Assembly: GCA_003344405.1 (NCBI GenBank)
Contig: NOWV01000286.1
Span: 44,837 to 64,836 of the forward strand
Source: Trichoplax sp. H2
Taxonomy: Eukaryota
Direction of reading: 5' to 3'
DNA: 20,000 bases
The notes under the pieces are model-generated. The model searched no databases and was not told the origin of the DNA. It worked only from the letters and a program-made list of their open reading frames with translations. Both the position numbers and the translations under genes were made by a program. Positions 1 through 10,000 of this stretch are shown here, piece after piece. Position 1 is the stretch's first letter, and every line of letters begins with the position of its first letter.

Positions 1-44
1 TTGAAGAACAGAAAAATTTAATAAAATTAATATACCCAGATTAG

Positions 45-215
45 GCCAAATCCCAATGTTTGCGAATGCAAATTGTCTACCGAATAGACTAATTTTGCAA
101 CTAAAACTTCGTATGTCAATAAGAATAAAACGCAGTGTGAAGACATTTACTTCATGTACTTACTACTTCTGAGCTTAAGTAATATAAAATTGTTCGTGTT
201 ATTCTAGTACAATGA
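45..215 (+). pseudogene. Possible decayed type-A exon of gene 1
   Basis: Frame 3 reads AKSQCLRMQIVYRID*FCN*, resembling KKCQKQIRYQLVYWCNQ of exon 1822-2106. YKIV follows at 183 in the same frame after several stops. Confidence 0.4.
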
Positions 216-559
216 TACCGAATTTAAAAACTATTTGATAATTAATTTGTTTAAATAGTAATGATATTACGATCTTATACCGCAATAGCTAACAAATTAT
301 GTCAGAATAGAATCAAAACTGTCAGATTCTCAACGGCAATAACCCCTATCCTTGTAGATTATCGCACCTTACAATATCACGCCACACCGCTTCAATAATA
401 TGCTAGAACTGAAAGACTACCATAAGACTGTGTCTGAAAATAAATTTTTAATTGATAACAATTCAATGAAGCAAAGTATTCTAGTTCTGATAATTCGAGA
501 TATATTACTTGAAAATGGCAAAAAATTAATTTAATCATTTTCCCCTTCCAATGCTAAAG

Positions 560-714
560 TGATTATTCCGCCAGATGAATGCGAATCTAATTACGGCAAA
601 GGCAATAACCGTATTCTTGTAATCTGTAAAGAACATATCAAATGTGATTCTGGGCAGACCTACAGATATAATTTCTATTGGGGAAAAAATTATTCAAAGG
701 ATGAACCAGATACA
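560..714 (+). CDS. Gene 1 exon, type B (N-half of second FN3-like domain): xIIPPDECESNYGKGNNRILVICKEHIKCDSGQTYRYNFYWGKNYSKDEPDT
   Basis: AG at 558-559 and GTTAGT at 715. Aligns with exon 10127-10284 (PP..C...C..H..C..G..Y.Y.FY.G). Confidence 0.8.
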
Positions 715-3398
715 GTTAGTAGCCTTTGATTTATTATTAAGTTTATGACAACCAATTTTACCGCACATTTCTGTCTATTTAATATCAACTAACAATGATA
801 CTTTCTTCTTTAGTCATCTACTAATTATTTGAGGATGGAGCTTTCTGAGCTAGAGCCTGATACATTATATTATTGGTATGTGGAGGCTGTGGTGCCAGCC
901 AGAAGTTTGGTCAGCAAACCTACACCCAAACTCTATTTCCGCACATTACCTTTGATTTTAACTACACATACAGAAACGATTGCGACTACACCTTCAACTA
1001 CTGCTACGATTGCAACTACGCCTACAATTGTAGTTTCGACCGCAACTCAGCCAGTAACTACATCTACAACTCTGCCTACAGCTTTGCCTACAACAGCTAT
1101 TACTGTCTTCAAGAAATTAGGTATGCTTGTTAATAAATGTTCCTACATTGACACTTCCAAATAATAACATATTGGATAAGTACAAAATAATTCATGGTGC
1201 GGAGGATAAAATCGCAAGATATTAAAAAAAGCCTAATTGATAATTATGGCAGTATTTTTCAGATAATACAGTTTTGAATGCCGCTATATATTATAATAAG
1301 CTAGCCTAATAGAACAAAATATGAGCTTGATAGACATTATAGCAGCACTTTTCAGTGAATATATAAACTTAAAAAAAAGTAAGCACTACGATTTACTCTT
1401 TTAACAAAAACAAGATTTGAGTTTAATTGGCTTAAAGGCAGCATTTTTCAGTTTATGCAAACTTAAATAACACTAGATGTTACAATAAATTATTACAATT
1501 TAATAATAAAATGAGCTTGATAGACGTTTATGGCTGCATTATTTACTTAATGTAAGTTTCATTTGAAGAACGCTAGATGTAGTAATACATTATCTTTATA
1601 GAACGAAAAGTCAGCTTGACGAAGGTTTATGGCTACATTTTTTAGTATAGATTTAATTTTAACATAAGATATGTGTTTCAATCGTATAATGCGGTGAGTA
1701 GATTGGGAATTACAAAGTATTAGCCGATTGTCTGTAAAAAAATCATTACAAAAGTTTCTGAACAGCTACTTTGCACTCCAGATCCTTCAAGTCATGGTAT
1801 CTATGTTTTGCTAATTTTTAGAACCAACAATTACCGATATCAAGATTATTCTCTCCGCAAATCGAGTTAATATTACTTGGAAAGTTGTAGGACCCAGTAA
1901 AAAGTGTCAGAAACAAATTCGTTATCAATTAGTTTATTGGTGCAATCAGACCCGTAGCTGGAACACAGCCTGTAATAATTCAATAATAGCTGCCTGCCAG
2001 ATTAACCTCGAAGATGGCATTTCTGAAAGTCTAACCTTTAAGATAGTACTCAAAGATGAAACTCAAACTGTGATTAAAGAAAGTGACAGCTTTATCCATC
2101 TTATAGGTAAACAAATACTGACGATTGCCTATTTTGGGAGAAGCTAGAATATTTCAAGCTTTGTTACTACGATAGATATTAACAGGGTTACAAAATATTT
2201 AAACCATCATGACAGCAAATTAGTCTCGATAATCGCATGTGCAAATTGAAATCGTTCGGTTACTTATCGCAACTTTTATTCGCAATGAGCTCAATTAATC
2301 TATCAATTTTAATTTACTGTATACAACGTAAATTGGGAATACAATTTTTGACTCATACGCAAGTGCTATGATTATTAGTTGCATTTTCTATTGATTACCG
2401 ATGATCCATGATCGAGGTTTAAATACCTATAGAATACATGCAATGAAACAATTTACTAGATCCAATTATATCGCGAGAATAACTCTTCAAATACTGTTAC
2501 AAAGAAATCAGAATGAAATTTTTAATTGAGTAAATCCTTAAACTTAAACTACTCATACATGAATATTAGCTATTGTAACAGGTGCGAAAGGATCTTGATG
2601 AATCTGTAATGACTATGGATGTAAATCGATCGTAAATGAAACTAATAGGAAACAATTTAGAAATTATTTTGGAAACTTAATATCCCAATGGTAGCGAAGA
2701 TTTCATTAATAGCTCATACGTTATACTATAATTGATCCAATTAATCACTAATCACATCTGGTTGACGAGACTACTTATAGACAAAGATCGATGGGTATGA
2801 TAGCTAATGCTACATATCCTAATAAAGAAATAGTTTCAGTAGAAATGTATCTAAATATTTCGAAATTAAAAGTAAAAGCACCGATGTTGTTATTGTAGAA
2901 AATGATACTATAATACAATTTTGATCTAGTTTTATATTGATTCATAATATTTCAGATTTAGGCAAAGGAAATGTAGCTACTACTGGTAGAAATGAAATTA
3001 CGGATACACCTATAGAAATTACACCATCAAGCCTTACGAAAAGAACATCACAACCAAAGGCAGAAACTAGAGGTCCAACAACTAAGGATATAATAATAAG
3101 CGATTCGCCAGGAAATTCGAAAGAATCCGCCGCATTATCTGTGCTAATATTACTTAGCATCATCATTGCTTTGATTGCCGCTCCACTTATAATAGTTAGC
3201 GTTATTATCTTAATTATATTCTATAAGCGATATGTTACCCGAGTTTCAAATCCAAAATCTCAATCAGATGAACATTATTATTCGAGCGTAGAAAACGTGC
3301 AAAAGCCAGACTCAAATATTACTGTCCAAGAGGAGTGTACAATAACTGAGGAATCGGAGTATTCCGGCCAATTATTCGCAAATAGCGTTATCGTATAA
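560..3398 (+). CDS. Gene 1 (5'-partial, spliced): type I membrane protein with FN3/cytokine-receptor-like domains, Thr-rich spacer, TM helix and Tyr-motif tail; exons 560-714, 814-1120, 1822-2106, 2956-3398
   Basis: Four open exons are joined by GT-AG introns with compatible phases (1/0, 0/1, 1/1, 1/stop). The first three translations are homologous to the B, C and A exon types of gene 2, and the last has the same TM-plus-tail layout. No start exon was found in the window. Confidence 0.8.
814..1120 (+). CDS. Gene 1 exon, type C: FN3 C-terminal half (LSELEPDTLYYWYVEA) followed by a Thr/Pro-rich mucin-like spacer
   Basis: Polypyrimidine-TAG acceptor ends at 813 and the GTATGC donor is at 1121. 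L-x-P-x-T-x-Y is the FN3 tyrosine-corner motif. Overlaps ORF 829..1164. Confidence 0.85.
1215..1660. repeat. Degenerate ~95-100-bp tandem repeat, about 5 copies, intronic
   Basis: ATGAGCTTGATAGAC occurs at 1321 and 1511, with related TCAGCTTGAC at 1611. Each is followed by a TATGGCAGCATTTTTCAG-like block; CTAGATGT occurs at 1473 and 1573. Confidence 0.7.
1822..2106 (+). CDS. Gene 1 exon, type A (FN3-like domain with W-x3-C-x7-C): EPTITDIKIILSANRVNITWKVVGPSKKCQKQIRYQLVYWCNQTRSWNTACNNSIIAACQINLEDGISESLTFKIVLKDETQTVIKESDSFIHLI
   Basis: TTTTTAG acceptor, 285-nt open symmetric phase 1-1 exon, GTAAAC donor at 2107. Not in the ORF track; translated by hand. Confidence 0.85.
2956..3398 (+). CDS. Gene 1 terminal exon: S/T/P-rich stalk, transmembrane helix (~3135-3224), cytoplasmic tail with DEHYYSSV and EESEYSGQL
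   Basis: TTTCAG acceptor ends at 2955 in phase 1 (an alternative in-frame AG lies at 2960-2961). A hydrophobic stretch is followed by KR stop-transfer residues; TAA at 3396-3398. Confidence 0.85.
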
Positions 3399-3914
3399 TG
3401 ATTGATGTAAGGGAGTTAGACCAAATTATAGATATACTTCATAACTTTGTAGCTAAAATATTATAATAGTGAAGAGTATAACGTGCAGTTACAGAGCTAG
3501 AAAGGATTGAATTGACATCCACAATTTATAATATAATACGTTAGTCTTTTTATATCCGCTTTTGCAATGATTAAGGCAAATTTTGCAGGTATCAAAATTG
3601 TTTATTGCAATGCTGTACGAATACTTTTACAATAGTTGCTTAATAATGTCGGTAATACGCTTTTAATATGATTAGATTAAGGCTAATCTTATTTCCAGGA
3701 ATGCTGAATGAAAATAAGAAAATTACAGTAGCCGATTAATTCTTTAAATGGACTAATTCTATCAGTGTTACCTAATTGATCTTGTTCAAGTAACTGGCAA
3801 TTTGTAGCATTAATGACAAATATTAATATCAGCTTCTTCAAATTTCAACTATAATATATGTTCACAACATCATTCTACATTAATACTATTTTATTTAAAC
3901 TATGAATCATTTAT

Positions 3915-4865
3915 TACTGGATAAATCTAATAAGAATTACTATTCTATTGGTTATAGTAATGAGAAATTTTAATCTTGAAAATACACATCCCTAACGCAA
4001 TATTATATTTCGATACGGTATTATCGGATGGCTAAATACTATTTCAGAAATGATGGAAGATCTACTTTACTTCAATTCGATGCAATTTGTAACATTTATC
4101 AAAGTTAGCAAAGTACTAATACGAACTCAAGCAATCTTAATATAAATCATGCTATTTACTGCGTTTCAGGGATTTTTGTATCATATCGATTCAAAGAAAA
4201 ATAAAACTTATTTGATATATTTAACTTCAAATTATATTAGTTGTTCTATTATATCTACATAGAAGGCATAAAGAAATACATTAATTTATCAATTTCCTAG
4301 TTATGGTGTGAAATAAATTGATTTGATAGCTGATTGTGATTGTGAATTTGTACACTTAGATAGTTCAAATTCGAACTATAAAATTTCTAGCGCAATATTC
4401 TGCATTACTGTTATTTATTGAAACTGTAAAGTGTAAATTATTGGATAAATCTAATTAGACTTTACTATTCTGTTGGCTATAGTAAAGAGGAATTTTGAAA
4501 AAATATAGATGGTCTAATGGAATATTCAATTTCGACACGAAATTATTGGATGAATAAATTAAAAATAAGCAATGATGTAAGATCTATCTTAGTTCAATCC
4601 TATTTAATTTGCTATGCTTGTTAAAGTTAGTAAAGCGCCAATCCGAACTAATAATTTTAATTTAAATAGCTTTATTTACAGCCAAACTTTAAGGATTTTA
4701 GATTCATATGTATCAGTAAAAATGAATTTATATATATAAACACAGTGATAAAACTATTCTTTAACCATTAAACTGCTAATTGTAAAAATAGGTTAATTGT
4801 ATCAACATATAAGGCAAGGAGAAACACTTTAAAGTAATGATTTTCTAGTTATGAAATGCAATAAT
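3915..4865. repeat. Diverged intergenic tandem duplication (~3915-4320 versus ~4440-4865)
   Basis: Colinear shared blocks: TGGATAAATCTAAT, TTACTATTCT.TTGG.TATAGTAA, AAGATCTA, AAAGTTAG.AAAG, CGAACT, and TT.CTAGTTATG. Confidence 0.75.
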
Positions 4866-6984
4866 TACCATTAGTAGGAGGTTCTAAGAACATACTAATG
4901 ACCGTTTCAATTTTGAAACAGACATATGGGTATGACATTGCCTACAATTAATTAAAGTAACTGGACATTAATGTATCTTGCTGTAGATTATTCTATTCCT
5001 CAAATACATTAACAAAGACGTTAACAAAGATGTTGTAAATATATTTAGCTCTAACATAGCACCAATAAACTTTAGCCGAACAAATTATTTAAACTTGTCG
5101 ACGGCAATTTCATATTTGAATATTTTTACGCTTATGTTCTATTACATACAGCACCGTATCTGGCCTATGGATCAAACGTTGAATTTATGAAGAGCTAGTA
5201 CAATTTAATGGGCATGAATTCGGTTAATTTTACTTACAGCTCCAGGCTTAACTGTTAATAGAGCAATATTAAAGTTGTAAAAATCAATTTCTGGTAAGTG
5301 ATTACGTCCACTGTCATTAGTACAGATGAATTAATAATAGTCACCGATTCACGATAGTATCGTATTTAGTATGGCTACTAATCCAGTGAGCGAAAAAGGT
5401 AACGACTATACTTTATAAGCAAGTTCAGCTAAATTAATATTAAGTTATTGGTTACATTGTAATAGTTAAAACTTGACAAATTTTATCTTAAGCTCTGCTA
5501 AAAATGGAAAAAGAATTGAGCGAGTTTAATTTATTGACCTAACTTTGCTTGATCTTGTTGAAAGGATAACAGTAACAAAGTAAAGTTTTAAAAATACTTT
5601 GTAGAAGCCGTCTTTAAGATTCGACTGATTTTATGTCAGCCAGCTGCGTACCGAAAGATAATTAAACTATTTCCAGCGCATAATAAACGAAGAACAACGC
5701 CAGTATAAACATAATCCTAAAAATGGAAAAGCGTAGCTTTTAAAATAGTTTTTCATTTAAAATTGAGAACTGATTATATATTACCAATTTAGGGGCCAAA
5801 ATGTAGCTTTTACGACATTTTATGGAAGTCTACACTTTATACAATAGCTTGAAAAATATATGGAATATAAGCATATGTTTTGTTATTATTTCCCCTACAG
5901 CTATATTTTTCAGAGCAATTTGCACCTGGATGTTAGTAAATGATATTCCAAAGAAAAAGAAAAATAGAGAATACTGGGTAGCTTAGCCAAATGAGCGATG
6001 TTATTCAAATACGTTCCCTTCCCCTTCAAAGAAAATAAAATAATAAAATAAGCAGTCTCGTGAATTCAAACAAGGCAAGTAATGCAGTATTCAAACTACG
6101 TGTCACAAAACAGCTTTGCAACAAGATAATGCAATATACGATCAATAAGCCAATTCCTTGAACTACGTATCAAGGAACGATATCTGCACTATCACAAACA
6201 CTTTTGCTCTACTAGCAGACTACACAAAGACTTAAACGTCTCGTATTTTACGTTAAACACTAAGTTGGAGAATCTTCTTTATTCACGATATACTGCATTT
6301 ATATACTACTCCTCATTAGTTCACGAGTCATAGTTAATACAATTAACATTAGAATCATTTACTGAATTAGATATTAATTTTAGCTACTGCTCCCTTAATG
6401 CAGACAACAGTATTTACGAACATAGACATGTAAAGACTAATACAGAATAGTCAGATTACGATATGTCCTATCACGGAACATTTCCATGATAACTTACAGT
6501 CTACCATAAGTAAATTACAATCATAATGATTCGAACTGTAAGTAGATGATTTGCATTCCCTATTATAACTATTAATTTCAGTATGTGTATAAGTGTCACT
6601 GTCATAAAAAGTCAGTGCTATATTAAAACACAGTATATCCAAATTAGAAGTTAACTAAATAAGGATAGTCTAATAGAATTATCCTAACATAGATATTTCT
6701 ACTGTAATACAGTATATAACACTGTAACACTACGCTATTCAGAAATAAGAAATTTTAATTCTTTTTATACTTCATGACGTAACTACAATAATAATGCCAC
6801 CTGCTGTATATTACAGTCATACTTAAATCATTTCAATAATAAATTACTTATAGATAAATTGTCAAATATTATTATCAATAATGAATGATACTTAAACTCA
6901 TCAGCTAGGGGCCGTCGAGTGTACTAGCTAAAAATTTAAAATGAAAAAGCCATTGCAGATCTACATAAAAAATCTATTCTCAAA

Positions 6985-7042
6985 ATGATTGCAAGAATTC
7001 ATGTACTAGCCTTCTATCCTGTAATAATTGGCATTCATTTCA
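6985..7042 (+). CDS. Gene 2 candidate first coding exon: signal peptide MIARIHVLAFYPVIIGIHF
   Basis: AAAATG context, a basic residue then a hydrophobic core, and a phase-1 GTAATT donor at 7043. Splicing to 7559 gives ...HFTYG|LNQ, a plausible cleavage site. Confidence 0.6.
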
Positions 7043-10000
7043 GTAATTTAATCGATTTAGTCAATCGTTCTTTTAATTTTATAATATAAATCTTAATACA
7101 TGGTATTACCAAATGGAAAGTTATTTTTTTTCCGGGTAAAAAATACTTCACTTAGTGTTATCAATAGAGAGAATTTATATGGCGTTTAAATTTAATCAGA
7201 TATACGCATTCTTTTTATTGCCTTTTGTAGCTTAAAATTTAATTTTCTAGCTCTGTTGTCTCTGAAATTTACCTTGCGCAATATTCTACCATGACATTTT
7301 TAATAATATAGACGAAAATAGTGATTACCGCTGGTATTACCAATATGAAGCGTCATTATCATATAAAGAAAGACTAATTACTTACATCAACTTCCAAATG
7401 CTTCTAAAGTATTGAAATAGAATTATGTATAAGCATGGCAAGAGAAGCATGCTGTAATTTTCTATCGCCTCGTATGTTGTTACGGCTATTCCAATAAAGA
7501 TAGTAAACTTTTTTAGTCATATTTGCGATGTCTTCATAAGATCTGTTTATCCTTTTAGCTTATGGTTTGAATCAGCCTGTGCCTGATTGCAGTGACTTAG
7601 GTATCTACGCCATAGATTTGATATTTTTAACTTGTTAGATTGCAAGCCAAGATTATCGGTGAAATAATCGACATAAAATAGTTTAATAGAAAATACTTGA
7701 TATTAATAGATAATCTAATATAGAGATTATACTAGAAGTTTAATTTCAGTCAATGTTCTTCTAATTCAACGACTAGATCCGCTACCTTCGGTGAACTCTG
7801 TAAGCTCAACGATAGTATGCAGAAATTTTAAAATTAGCTGGAATCCTATAGCTGTCCGATCGTCATGTTCATCCGTTATTCGATATCGAATTTCTTATAA
7901 AATCTATTCGTCCAATGGCGACTCAAACTGGCATTCTACCTGCAACGAAACCTCACAACTTTACTGTAATATAGAACTTGAAAAGGGACTTATTGGAGCT
8001 ACGGTTGTTTACAAAGTTATAGCATTTACTCACTCCAATCCAAGGTTGCAATCAAGCAGTAAAGATAATAGAGATTGGCCTAATGTTTCTTGTAAGTAGA
8101 ATTATAGTCACTAAAAAGCGATCTTTTAGTCCAATCATGACTTGTGCATATTGGGTGATTCAGAATCAGAAGCATCATAAAATGTATTAATTCGTTACCA
8201 AAAATTGATAATATCTGGATTAAGATTAATTGGAGTACTTTCAGAGATAGATCTACCAGCAATAATCTATAAAAGTAACGTGATAGCAGAACAACATTTT
8301 TTATACAGAATACATCTACTGATAAATCAAGTTAAAAGTATGGTAATAGCCGACTAAGATGATTTTAAGAAAAAAAACTACTGAAAAACATGTGTAAAAT
8401 TAACATGATTATTTTAAGAGAATAATCCTACGTTAATGAAGTCTAAAAGTAGCATAATAGCAGAATAAAATTATTTGCAGCGAGTAGATCGACTGATAAT
8501 CAAGTATAAAAGTAGACCGATAGACGATTAAGATTACTTGCGTAGAATAGATCGACTGATAATCGAGTATAAAAGTAAAGTGTTGGCCGACTAAGATTAC
8601 TAGTTGAGAAGATCTACTGACAAACAAATAAAGAAATAGCGTTATAGCCCATTAAGATTATTCGCATAAAATAGATCTGCTAATAATCAAGTGTGAAAGT
8701 AGCATGATAGACCATTATGATTTACGATCAAAGAACGGATCTGTAACAGAAGGCTTGCGTGATCTAGCTGAACTAATAGTCCGTCGGGTATTTCGTCTCT
8801 GTAATGTAACTTAGTATTGTAATTGTAGACTGTTAGCCATGTTTAGTATAATGTACGGTAGATATTTATCCTAAGAGATATTTGGTAGCTATAACTATAG
8901 ACTGCAGTGGTAGAGACTCTATGCTAGAGTACAGATGACTACTATATACAGTAAGCTGTTGAGTTACTAATATGGCTATAGGTAAAAATAGAACTGTAAA
9001 TCATATATTAGGATATTGTTAATTCATTGTACTTGGGCTGGTCTGAATAATGTCTACGTAAGTACTGTAGTTGTATCCATATTGGATTAATGATGGTCGC
9101 AGTAGAATAGTCTTTCTAAGAATAATTTAACTATGTGTAATATAAGGTAAAAGGCAACCATGCGGATAGTAGCTGCCAATGCTACGAAAAGTATAAAAGC
9201 ATGCAACTTTAGATTATTCTGTTAGTTCGTTGTAGAAGTCTTTAGTAGCAGTATTCGGCTAGAGTAGAGCTGTGTGTGGTTAATCTTTGCATAAGATTCA
9301 AGAAAGCCCTTATTTTCTAAAATTTTGGAATCTCGTGATTGGTATATATCACAGTCTCCTACTAACTTAGAGACTAACGGTAATGGAGCTAACTTGATTC
9401 TGTTATAAGAATTACTCCAGCTCCCTTAATTAAGTATTTCGAATGCTTTACTTTATTAATGCTACGAGCGCCGACAAAATACTGTCTAGTAATCTATTAA
9501 ACGTGGAACTAAGCAGTTAAATAGCAACAGGTCTTTATATACTCTTGCTTTAGACCGGTAGTACATACCAGATAATTGTACCGACTATAATTATTATATA
9601 AGATCATTATGAAAAAACAGGCAAATGTAGTTAAAATAATTTAGTACTGGAAAAACAAGGTAATTGCAAACATCACTAATAAATAAAAGTTAGTCATAAG
9701 CCAATTAAGGCCTTGAGGCTCTGGACGACAAAAGCATCCTGGCATTTACAGTGCCGAAAATAATCGACAATATTAAATTAACAATACCTATCTAATACTA
9801 CAGCATGTCAAGCAAATTGACGAAAAGACCACAATCTGTGTTCGGTTATATATTTCAATAGACAAAAATAACCTAAGTTACTTCTAAAAACTAATGCAAT
9901 GTAACCTATTAAGAACAGAACTGCTCAGTTGTTAATAAAGGCCGTTATATGGAGCATTGCACCTTCACAAGATCTTTTGACAATCAAGTGTAAAAGTAGT

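Noticed and set aside
873..1133. Cys/Tyr/Asn-rich 86-aa ORF
   Set aside because: It is an alternative-frame shadow of the Thr-rich (ACN) codons of exon 814-1120.
2942..3166. Minus-strand ORFs 2942-3166, 10610-10846, 16805-17047 and 16851-17033
   Set aside because: They are antisense shadows of + strand exons with no independent support.
6451..6642. 63-aa minus-strand ORF (also 8080-8262)
   Set aside because: Both are short, have non-ATG starts and no recognisable motif, as expected by chance.
7435..7471. Alternative first exon MAREACCNFLSP with a GTATGT donor
   Set aside because: It is phase-compatible but gives a weaker signal peptide than 6985-7042. It is not excluded without RNA data.
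8433..8627. Minus-strand ORF with repeated TFILDYQSIYS
   Set aside because: It is a translation of the 62-bp minisatellite.
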